Source: an uncultured Eubacteriales bacterium (lineage in GTDB: Bacteria; Acidobacteriota; Aminicenantia; Aminicenantales; UBA4085). From it: a stretch of 64,000 nt of DNA. Of this stretch, positions 53,547 to 61,787 are shown piece after piece; positions within the stretch are counted from its first letter, which is position 1, and every line of letters begins with the position of its first letter. The notes beneath the pieces were generated by a model, which did not search any database, was not told where the DNA came from, and saw only the letters and a program-made list of their open reading frames with translations. The position numbers were made by a program, and so were the translations under genes. The DNA lies in NCBI GenBank assembly GCA_964557435.1, contig CAZLAM010000018.1, positions 23,021 through 87,020 on the forward strand. The letters are read 5' to 3'.

Positions 53547-54563
53547 TCACAGATCAATAAAGACCTTCATGCTTTGATCCGCCTGCTGATCGACGAAGGC
53601 ATAGGCCTCGGTGTATTCCTCGAACGGAAAATGCCTGGAATCGAGGGGAGCGGCGACGACCGCCCCTTTTTTCATCCATCGGACGGCCTTGACGAAATCC
53701 TGATATTGATACATCAGCGTCCCGATCAGGCTCAATTCCCGGTCCTGGACGAAGCCCATGTTCACGCGGGGGTGCTCGCCGTAGACGCCGACAACGACGA
53801 TCGTCCCGCCTTTCTCGATGCCGGCCACGGCGGCGGCGAGGGTTGCTTCGACGCCCGCGCATTCAAAAGCGACGTCGAACCCCTTTCGGCCGAAAACCCG
53901 TTCGGAAGCCTGCGCCAGCGTTTCTTTTTTAGCGTTGGAAACGTCTTTCAGCCCGCACTTGGCCGCGACTTCGAGCCGGAAATCGCTGATGTCCGTGATC
54001 AGGACCTCGGCTCCCAGGGCGCGGGCAACCTGGCCGACGAGATTGCCGATCGGCCCCGCACCGAGGACCGCGACGCGGCGGCCGGCCAAGCGCCCGGCCC
54101 GGGCCGTGGAATGCACGGCGACCGCGACGGGTTCGACCAGCGCGCCCTGCTCCAGCGTGAAGGACGCGGGCAGGGGGACGACCTTGTCAGCCTCGGTCAC
54201 GAACCATTCCTGAGCGCACCCGGGCGCCTGAAATCCCCTCACCTTCAAGACATCGCAAATGTGATAGTCGCCCCGGCGGCAAGGCGCGCAGCGGCCGCAC
54301 ACCTCTTGGGGTGTGGCGGTGACCATCAGGCCCGTTTTCAAGTCTTCGACCCCTTTTCCGAGCTTTTCGATAATCCCGGAAAACTCGTGACCCTGGACGA
54401 CGGGATAGGGCGTGAAGGGATGTTTCCCGTGATTGACGTGAACGTCGGAACCGCAGACGCCGATGCGGCGGACGCGGATGAGCACCTGGCCCTTTCCCGG
54501 CCTCGGCTTGGGCACGTCCCTGAATTCGATCGTCCCGGGTTTCGTCATGACGGCTTGCTTCAT
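53547..54563 (-). CDS. Zinc-dependent medium-chain dehydrogenase (sorbitol/threonine dehydrogenase-like)
   Basis: CAGGAGA RBS. GVCGSDVH and GHEFSG zinc motifs. GAGPIGN Rossmann motif. Confidence 0.85.
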   Translation of the reverse strand: MKQAVMTKPGTIEFRDVPKPRPGKGQVLIRVRRIGVCGSDVHVNHGKHPFTPYPVVQGHEFSGIIEKLGKGVEDLKTGLMVTATPQEVCGRCAPCRRGDYHICDVLKVRGFQAPGCAQEWFVTEADKVVPLPASFTLEQGALVEPVAVAVHSTARAGRLAGRRVAVLGAGPIGNLVGQVARALGAEVLITDISDFRLEVAAKCGLKDVSNAKKETLAQASERVFGRKGFDVAFECAGVEATLAAAVAGIEKGGTIVVVGVYGEHPRVNMGFVQDRELSLIGTLMYQYQDFVKAVRWMKKGAVVAAPLDSRHFPFEEYTEAYAFVDQQADQSMKVFIDL

Positions 54564-54706
54564 GGAACGTCTCCTGTCCGGATTGTCGGCCTGGCCCGGC
54601 GGCCGAACACCGCCGCCGCGGGCCGGGTTATTCTACCACCAGCGATGGCCAAGTTCTAGCGCTGGCCGAGCGATCGCGCCGGCCGGGGCTTCGCTCTTTA
54701 ATCTTC

Positions 54707-54736
54707 TTGATTCAGGCGTTTTGATGAGACTAGAAT
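54707..54736 (+). promoter_or_regulatory. Possible sigma70-like promoter; implies a ~300-nt leader for the GH2 gene
   Basis: TTGATT (54707-54712), 18-nt spacer, TAGAAT (54731-54736). Confidence 0.3.
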
Positions 54737-55047
54737 GAGGGATCTCTTCCATTTTGTGTGGGTAGGTGAGGCAGCATGGTGTTCGGCCAACGGCGAAGCC
54801 GCGCGGGTTTAGCCGTTCCTAGCCGTTTTCGAGGGGAACCGGATCGGAATGAATCCGGCCGGCGAAGATGTCCGAGTATCCCGGACCAAGACCGTTAGGT
54901 CGAATACGGGATACAAGTTCTGAGCCGCCGAGAAAACGGCGCGGGAACGGCGTGAAAAACCCGCGCCGCCGGGCCGAATACCGTGCCGCAAGCCACACAG
55001 AATGGAAGAGAACCAGAATGAGAAGCATTTTGCCGAGGAGCGCTCCC

Positions 55048-57858
55048 ATGAAAACAACCGCTATCCTGCTTCTGGCCTTGACGGCCGTGCTGGCCGCGGC
55101 CGCCGGCCCCGCGGCCGGCGCCGAGGAACAGGCCACGATGTCCCTGGCGGGCGAATGGAAATTCGGGCTGGACCCCGAGACCAAGGGCGAAGCCGGGCGG
55201 TGGTTCGCCTCGCTTCTCGAAGACCGGATAGTTCTGCCCGGGACGACGGATGAGAATAAGAAAGGGACGAAAATCGACGAACGCCGCGACGACCGCCTTT
55301 CCCGGGTCTTCGATTTCAAGGGAGCGGCCTGGTATCAGCGCCGCGTCTCCGTTCCCGTTTCATGGAAGGGGCGGAGAATAACTCTTTTCCTGGAACGGAC
55401 AAAATATACACGCGTTTGGGTCGATCAATCCGATTACGGAACTCAAGACGGGCTCAGCGCACCCCAGGTCTACGACCTGACGGATGCCCTGGCCCCCGGC
55501 GAGCACACCTTGACGATCATGGTCAACAACGCCAAGGTGCCGCCGGTGGGACCGGCCCACGCCCTGGATGAACGGACCCAGACAAACTGGAACGGCATCA
55601 TCGGCAGGCTGGAGCTGCGGGCCACGGACCCGGTCTGGCTGGACGACATTCAAGTCTATCCCGATGTCCGAAAGAGAAGCACCCGGGTGCGGATCGACCT
55701 TGGCAACAATACGGGGCAGGCGGTGAAAGCCGATCTCACCATCCGCGCGGAAAGCTGGAACACGGCCGATCCGGCTCGATTTCCCGCCAGGACGGTTGCC
55801 ATGGAGGCGGCCGGCCGGCGAACTCCCGTGGAGATCGAATACTCCTTCGGCAGCGGGGTCCCGCTTTGGGATGAGTTCCATCCGGCCATGATCAAAATGA
55901 CCGTTTCTCTCAAGACCCGGCCGAAGGACAGGCCCTTCAAGGACAGCCGGACGGTCGATTTCGGCCTGAGGGAATTCAGGGTCCAAGGAACGCAGTTCGC
56001 CGTCAACGGCCGGACGACGTTTCTCCGGGGAAAGAACGATGCCTGCATCTTTCCCCTGACCGGCTATCCGCCGATGGACAAAGCAGGCTGGCTGCGCGTC
56101 CTCAAAATCGCTCAATCCTACGGCCTCAACCATTACCGCTTTCACACCTGGTGCCCGCCCGAGGCGGCCTTTCAAGCCGCCGATGAATTGGGCGTTTTCA
56201 TGCAGCCCGAACTGCCGAACAAAGTGTCTTTTGAAAAGCCCGAGCACGCCGCCTATCTCCGTCTCGAAGGCGAGCGGATCCTCCGGGCTTTCGGCAATCA
56301 TCCCTCTCTGGTCATGCTGGCTCTCGGCAACGAGCTGGGCGGAAGCCGGGAAATCATGGCCGGGATGGTCGAACATTTCCGCCGGACGGATTCCCGTCAT
56401 CTCTATGCCCAGGGCTCCAACAACTTTCATTGGGAGCCGTCTCTGGCCGCGGGTGATGATTTCTGGGTCACCGGCAAAACCGCCCCGGACCGCCCTGTCC
56501 GGGGCTCTTTTTATCAGGGAGATTTCGACAAAGCTTCCATTGAATTTTTCCCTCCTTCGACGCTGCGGGATTTCCGGTCCTCGATCGCCGGCGTCCCCGT
56601 TCCGGTCGTGGGGCATGAGAACGGACAGTTTCAGGTCTCACCCAATTTCGAGGAAATCCCCAAATACACCGGCGTTCTTCGCGCCCGGAACCTCGAAATC
56701 TTCCGCGACAGGCTGGCCGCCGCGCACATGCTGGACCAAGCCGGCGACTTTGTCCGGGCCTCCGGCGCCCTGTCCGTGATCTGCTATCGCGAGGACATCG
56801 AGCTGGCCTTGCGGACGCCGGGATTCGGAGGATTCCAACTCCTCGACCTCCAGGATTTTCCCGGGCAGGGGACGGCCCTGGTCGGGATCCTGGATGCTTT
56901 CATGGATTCCAAAGGCCTGATCGCGCCCGAAGCCTGGCGCCGGTTTTGCAGTGAAACCGTTCCACTCCTGAGGTTCGAGAAATACACCTGGACCTCGGAC
57001 GAGACGTTCAGCGGACGGATCCAGGCGGCCCATTACGGAGCGAGCGATTTTTCCGCGCCCGTGGTGAGCTGGACGGCCACGGATGGGGCGGGGCGCAAAG
57101 TGGCCTCCGGCCGGTTCGTTCCTTCGATCATCCGGCAGGGACAGATCGGCGACATCGGCGAAATACGCGTTCCTTTAAACGAGGTCCCCGCTCCCGGAAA
57201 ACTGACGGTGGAGGTTTCTGTCTTGGGAACGCCCTACGCAAATTCCTATGACGTTTGGATTTATCCGCCCCGCGCCGACACGTCCGTTCCCCCCGGCGTC
57301 ACGATCGCCGAACGGCTGATTGAGCCCGTCTTAAAATCGCTCCGGGACGGGGGAACGGTCCTTCTCCTCCCCCGGCCCGATAAGCTTCCGCACAGCGTGG
57401 CCGGCGCCTTTCAGACGGATTTCTGGTGCTTCCCGATGTTCCGCCGGGCGGCCGAGAAGAATGGCATCGCCGCCGCCCCGGGCACGCTGGGAATCCTGTG
57501 CGATCCCGGACACCCGTCCCTGGCCGGCTTCCCCACCGAATTCCACGGCAATTGGCAGTGGTGGCACCTGGTCAAGAATTCCCGGCCGGTCATCCTCGAT
57601 GAAACGCCGCCTTCCTATCGGCCCGGCCTCCAGGTCATCGACAATTTCGAACGCAACCATAAGCTGGGGTTGATCTTCGAAACCCGCCTGGGAAAGGGCA
57701 GGCTTCTGATTTGCGCCATCGATCTGCTTCGTCTGCAGGATAAACCCGAAGCCCGGCAGATGCTCCGCAGCCTGCTCCAGTATGCCGGATCGGAGGCCTT
57801 CGCTCCCCGGGCCGAACTCCCGGTCGAACTTCTTAAGAAGCTGTTTCCTTCCGACTGA
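55048..57858 (+). CDS. GH2-family glycoside hydrolase (beta-galactosidase/mannosidase-like)
   Basis: Start ATG 55048 (GAGGAG RBS, signal peptide MKTTAILLLALTAVLAAAAGPAAG), not ORF-track 54868. Sugar-binding-domain block LAGEWKFGLD...GAAWYQRRVSVP. TIM-barrel blocks NHYRFHTW and ALGNELGG. Confidence 0.8.
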   Translation: MKTTAILLLALTAVLAAAAGPAAGAEEQATMSLAGEWKFGLDPETKGEAGRWFASLLEDRIVLPGTTDENKKGTKIDERRDDRLSRVFDFKGAAWYQRRVSVPVSWKGRRITLFLERTKYTRVWVDQSDYGTQDGLSAPQVYDLTDALAPGEHTLTIMVNNAKVPPVGPAHALDERTQTNWNGIIGRLELRATDPVWLDDIQVYPDVRKRSTRVRIDLGNNTGQAVKADLTIRAESWNTADPARFPARTVAMEAAGRRTPVEIEYSFGSGVPLWDEFHPAMIKMTVSLKTRPKDRPFKDSRTVDFGLREFRVQGTQFAVNGRTTFLRGKNDACIFPLTGYPPMDKAGWLRVLKIAQSYGLNHYRFHTWCPPEAAFQAADELGVFMQPELPNKVSFEKPEHAAYLRLEGERILRAFGNHPSLVMLALGNELGGSREIMAGMVEHFRRTDSRHLYAQGSNNFHWEPSLAAGDDFWVTGKTAPDRPVRGSFYQGDFDKASIEFFPPSTLRDFRSSIAGVPVPVVGHENGQFQVSPNFEEIPKYTGVLRARNLEIFRDRLAAAHMLDQAGDFVRASGALSVICYREDIELALRTPGFGGFQLLDLQDFPGQGTALVGILDAFMDSKGLIAPEAWRRFCSETVPLLRFEKYTWTSDETFSGRIQAAHYGASDFSAPVVSWTATDGAGRKVASGRFVPSIIRQGQIGDIGEIRVPLNEVPAPGKLTVEVSVLGTPYANSYDVWIYPPRADTSVPPGVTIAERLIEPVLKSLRDGGTVLLLPRPDKLPHSVAGAFQTDFWCFPMFRRAAEKNGIAAAPGTLGILCDPGHPSLAGFPTEFHGNWQWWHLVKNSRPVILDETPPSYRPGLQVIDNFERNHKLGLIFETRLGKGRLLICAIDLLRLQDKPEARQMLRSLLQYAGSEAFAPRAELPVELLKKLFPSD

Positions 57859-57906
57859 AGTTCCGCGGACCTACTTGCGTCCATGGATTCAGGCGAAGGG
57901 TATCGA

Positions 57907-57933
57907 CCCATTCGACGGCGACCGGGGCCCCGG
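57907..57933. repeat. R1-related motif plus GC palindrome between convergent genes
   Basis: CCCATTCGAC (57907-57916) followed by the palindrome CCGGGGCCCCGG (57922-57933). Lies between stops 57858 (+) and 57950 (-). Confidence 0.35.
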
Positions 57934-57949
57934 GATCAAGATCGGGGTA

Positions 57950-60295
57950 TCAAAGCCGTTTGTCGGTCAAAAAGTCCGGCCTTTTCACGTTGGGATCGCC
58001 TTCGGGAACGAGGGTGATCGCCTCCCCGGACCGGGTGGCAAACGACAGGCGGTCACCCTGAAGGATTTCAGCGCTTTGTCCGTCCCGGAACAAGGATACA
58101 TTTTTCCCCGGCCAGGGATTTTGGACCGTGCAATCCCTCCCTTTTTCGCTCTCCAGGAGAAGAAACCGGATTTTTCCCCGATCGACGGAAGAGGAGGCCA
58201 GGAACGCTCCGAATGTTCGAAGCCTGTAAAAGGACGCTTTCTGACTGGGAGGGAACACCGGAAACACCCGGATGACGCCGCCGTGGCTTTGCAGCATCAT
58301 TTCGTTGATCATCCCGGGGATGCCGCTGCACGTTTCCAGCCCGCCGCCTTCGGCGAATAGCCATAGATTCGGATAGGCCGATTGGGCGATCTTTTGCCGG
58401 GCCATGGCCATTAAGGCGTCCGGGTCCATCCCGACACGCGCCGCCCCGATGAGAACCGTCTGGAAGGCATTTCCGTGATCGAGCCAGGATTTGTTCTCGA
58501 TTTCGACCAGGTCGTTCTTGACCATGGCGATCTCTTCGGGCGGGGAACTCAAACCAATATTGGGAGCGGGAAACACGAGCCCGTGCAGCATGACCCAGTC
58601 GACGCCGATTTTATTCGCTCCAAGGCCGTTCCCTCCCCCGCAGGCGCGGAACCGGGTCCGGCCGTTCTCCAAGCGGACCGGGAAATCGCTCAGGCGGGCG
58701 AGAATGTCTTTCCACTTGTCCCGCCGGCCGGCATCCGCCCGGATGTCCGCACTCATTTCGATCAGGGCCCCGAAAAAGACCCTCAGAAAACCAAGGGAGG
58801 TGATGGGGTTGATGTCCCCGTATCCCGCCCTCCAATTTTTACCGTTCCAGGGGCCGACTTCAAAGACGCTGTCGTCGCGAATGACATACCTGCCGTTCTC
58901 CAAAGTGAGGGTGTCTTCCCAAAAGTCGGCCACGGCGATGAGATACGGATAGACCTTCCGGACATAGTCCTGATCATAGGTATAAAAATACCTTAGGATC
59001 ATATTCATGGCGGCGAACACGGAATTGCTTTTCATCCCGCAGAACATGGGCTGACCGGCGATATCGTCGAAGGGGTCGCCGTCCAGTTGGCCCTTGTATT
59101 GCAGGATCAAGCCGGGTTTGTCCTTGTGCCGCAAGGTCAGGGCCTTCGGCCCGATCATGACGCTGGCGTAGGCCCCCTTCTTTTGGAGAAAGGTCCGGGC
59201 GTCCCTGATGAAGACGGGCAGTTGTTCCAGAAGAGGCGTGTCGTAGGGGTCCGCCAGCTTGACGTGGTTGGAGGAGAAAGCGGCCCAGTAGGGCGCCTGG
59301 AAGTTGTAATCCAGGTGATAATCGCCGGACCAGGATGTCCGATCCTTGGTGATCCAGTTGCCGTACAGCCCCGGGGGGAAATTGACGTTCCGGCTGCAGC
59401 AGGCCAGGATATATTGCGAAGCGTAATAATATTTTTCCAGGACTTTGTCTTCGATGCTGACATACGATTGGGCCCAGAACGACCTCCACCAGGCGTCGTG
59501 CTCGGACCGCAGCCTGCGGAGTTCGGCCCGGTTCAGGCGGGAGGCCAGCTCCAGGGTCTCAGCCTGAAAGCGTTCCGAATCATGATTGGTCATCACCACG
59601 GCGATGATGGTCGCCGGCCGGCCGGGGCGAAGGGTCAAGGGATTCCCGCCGGATTCCAGGCAGCGCATGGCCACGGTCGCCTCCGTCGGAAACAGGAGGT
59701 CGTCCGTTTTGAATTTCCGGGAGACCCAAACAAGGTCCCCGTCCTTTCCTTCCGCCGTCTCCGATCCGTATCCGTCCTTGGCCCACAAACGAAGATCGAC
59801 GGAGACGGGTTCCTTGTCCGTTTTGAGTTCGAGGACAATGACATGGTCCCCGGCCATCACCCGGGCTTCCATGGACACGGTCGTCCGTCCGTTGGAGAAC
59901 CGGGAGGCGATGACCGGCTCATAGAGCGTCTGTTCGATGGCATAGGACGACCGCTCCAAGCCGTCGATGCGGACGTCGAGGCCTCCGATCAGGCTCGGGC
60001 CGGCTTGCTGAAATTCCGGCCCCGACTTCCAAAAATCGTTCTTGGAGATCCAGTACCGCTGACCGGCGGGCGGCCCGCTGACGGTGAGGCCGATATCGCC
60101 GTTGCCGGTGATCGGTCCATCCACGATCTTGGTGGAGGGGATATGCTCCGGAGGAACGGCAAAAACCGCCTTCATCCCGGAAATGATCTCCCTCGTTTTT
60201 ATCACGGCGGGATCTTCCGCCGGAACATTCCGGCAGGACAGCAGAAGAATGGCCAGCAGACCCGTCAGACCCGCGAAGCGGCAGTTCTTTTTCAT
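57950..60295 (-). CDS. Divergent GH95-family-like glycoside hydrolase lipoprotein (paralogue 3)
   Basis: Lipobox-like LLLSC. N-terminal VDGPITGNGDIGL (compare PVGNGRLGG). The block LYGNWITKDRTSWSGDYHLDYNFQAPYW aligns with the GH95 W..YT.NIN..MNYW block. Confidence 0.7.
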   Translation of the reverse strand: MKKNCRFAGLTGLLAILLLSCRNVPAEDPAVIKTREIISGMKAVFAVPPEHIPSTKIVDGPITGNGDIGLTVSGPPAGQRYWISKNDFWKSGPEFQQAGPSLIGGLDVRIDGLERSSYAIEQTLYEPVIASRFSNGRTTVSMEARVMAGDHVIVLELKTDKEPVSVDLRLWAKDGYGSETAEGKDGDLVWVSRKFKTDDLLFPTEATVAMRCLESGGNPLTLRPGRPATIIAVVMTNHDSERFQAETLELASRLNRAELRRLRSEHDAWWRSFWAQSYVSIEDKVLEKYYYASQYILACCSRNVNFPPGLYGNWITKDRTSWSGDYHLDYNFQAPYWAAFSSNHVKLADPYDTPLLEQLPVFIRDARTFLQKKGAYASVMIGPKALTLRHKDKPGLILQYKGQLDGDPFDDIAGQPMFCGMKSNSVFAAMNMILRYFYTYDQDYVRKVYPYLIAVADFWEDTLTLENGRYVIRDDSVFEVGPWNGKNWRAGYGDINPITSLGFLRVFFGALIEMSADIRADAGRRDKWKDILARLSDFPVRLENGRTRFRACGGGNGLGANKIGVDWVMLHGLVFPAPNIGLSSPPEEIAMVKNDLVEIENKSWLDHGNAFQTVLIGAARVGMDPDALMAMARQKIAQSAYPNLWLFAEGGGLETCSGIPGMINEMMLQSHGGVIRVFPVFPPSQKASFYRLRTFGAFLASSSVDRGKIRFLLLESEKGRDCTVQNPWPGKNVSLFRDGQSAEILQGDRLSFATRSGEAITLVPEGDPNVKRPDFLTDKRL

Positions 60296-60320
60296 GCCGG
60301 GATTCTAACGAATCGGCCCT

Positions 60321-61736
60321 CTACTTGACGAGGTAAAGCGCCGTCTGCCGCGGTCGGAAGAACTTCCAGCCGTCCTCGGTCAGATAGACCGGGTCCTCCC
60401 CCATCATGGTCACTTTCCGGCCGCCCCATTCCGCGACCGCGGTGGCCGTGTTGAGCTCCATGGCCAGATAGGAGCCCAAGCGTAGGCGTTTTGGGGGGGG
60501 AGGATTGGGATTGGGTTTGGACGCGGGGTTGGGATTCGGCTTGGCCTCGGGATTGGCCGGTCGGGCGTTGATGGAGGCGCCCAGGGCGTGTCCCTGGTTG
60601 CCGAGCGGATGGGAGTAGATCATAGCCGTGATGCCCTTCGCCTTCATCTCGGCCATGGTTTCCTCGGCCACTTCGCTGACGGATTTGTCCGGGCGGGAAA
60701 TGCGGGCCAGCGCGTCCTGAAGGGCGTTCGTATTGGCCAAGGCCTGTTTGAGCCCGGCCGGCGCGTCCGTCTCGCCTTCGCCCAGGACATAGAGCATCTT
60801 CTGCCAGTCCGAATTCAGGCCCATGTAGGTGAGCCCGAAATCGAGCTGGATCACATCGCCGCGCTCGATGACCGTCGCTTCCTCGGCCACCGGCAGGAAG
60901 CCGCGCGAAGTCGCCTCGCTCCCCGCGCTCTGCCTCTGGATGCGGAGGTCGGGCTGGAACCACGGGCTGAGATCAAGCGCTCCCGATCGGCTGAAGAGCC
61001 AGCGCCGGACGTCCCCCACCGTCGTCCGGCCCGGGGTGATGACCTCATTCGACAGAGCCCGCCGGGCCAGGATCTCGGTGACGCGGACAAGCGCCGCGTA
61101 AGGCTCGAATTCCTCGGGGATCCGCGTGTCCAGATAGTCTTCGATGAGAGCGGCGGCGCTGACGAACCGCTTCTCGGCCTCCGGCCCAAGCTGGTCGGCC
61201 AGATATTTGTAGGAATCGTGGGTCAGGCTCCGGGTCACGCCGCGTCGGCCGCCTATCCCGAGGGCGATGGTCTTAGGCTGGAAACGGTCGAACCACTCCC
61301 GGAGGGCCTTGGCGCCGACCCCGGGCGCGGGAACTTCGAAGAACCGCTCGACGGTTTCCTCGCTGTATCCCGTCACGGCAAACTTCTTCAACCCGGCTTC
61401 GCCCGCATCGATGAACACGAACAGGTCCCGGTTGCCGCAGTAGGGGCGCGGCGGGGCGACAAATTCGGTCAGCGGATCGTTGTGGAACTCTTCGTTAACG
61501 ATGATCCACATCCCGACCTCATGCCGGCGCAGGAGGGGAAGGATCATTTCGTGACGTTGGACCAGCCAGCCCTCGCGCATTTCGATCTGTTGGGCCCGAG
61601 GGAGCAGTTGAGGGAGCGTCTCAAACTCGGACACCTGCCGGGAAAAGCCGGCCGTCCGTGTTCCCATGAAAACAAAAACCGCGCAGCTCGCGGCAAAAAT
61701 GAGAATCGCCCGTTTGTTTCGCAACGTTTGTGTCAT
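60321..61736 (-). CDS. M24-family metallopeptidase with N-terminal membrane anchor and Pro/Asn-rich insert
   Basis: Start ATG 61736 (GGAGGA RBS), not ORF-track 61787. Pita-bread elements (GDVIQLDFG, HPLGNQGHALG, LAMELN, MMGEDPVYLTEDG). Insert NARPANPEAKPNPNPASKPNPNPPPPKR. Confidence 0.75.
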   Translation of the reverse strand: MTQTLRNKRAILIFAASCAVFVFMGTRTAGFSRQVSEFETLPQLLPRAQQIEMREGWLVQRHEMILPLLRRHEVGMWIIVNEEFHNDPLTEFVAPPRPYCGNRDLFVFIDAGEAGLKKFAVTGYSEETVERFFEVPAPGVGAKALREWFDRFQPKTIALGIGGRRGVTRSLTHDSYKYLADQLGPEAEKRFVSAAALIEDYLDTRIPEEFEPYAALVRVTEILARRALSNEVITPGRTTVGDVRRWLFSRSGALDLSPWFQPDLRIQRQSAGSEATSRGFLPVAEEATVIERGDVIQLDFGLTYMGLNSDWQKMLYVLGEGETDAPAGLKQALANTNALQDALARISRPDKSVSEVAEETMAEMKAKGITAMIYSHPLGNQGHALGASINARPANPEAKPNPNPASKPNPNPPPPKRLRLGSYLAMELNTATAVAEWGGRKVTMMGEDPVYLTEDGWKFFRPRQTALYLVK

Positions 61737-61787
61737 CGGTTCCTCCAGAGCCTTTTCCCGAACATTCGTAACGGCCCGGACGGGCAC

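Noticed and set aside
57922-57933. CCGGGGCCCCGG palindrome between the convergent GH2 and GH95-like genes, considered as an intrinsic terminator.
   Set aside because: It is a 6-bp stem with no loop and no U-tract on either strand, so it is unlikely to work as a classical terminator. It is kept only as part of the R1-related repeat annotation.
60481-60560. Short GGGATT/GGGTTT-type reiterations that at first glance look like a tandem-repeat or CRISPR-like array.
   Set aside because: There is no regular repeat-spacer architecture. The region is in frame within the M24 CDS and encodes a Pro/Asn-rich linker. It is treated as coding low-complexity sequence.
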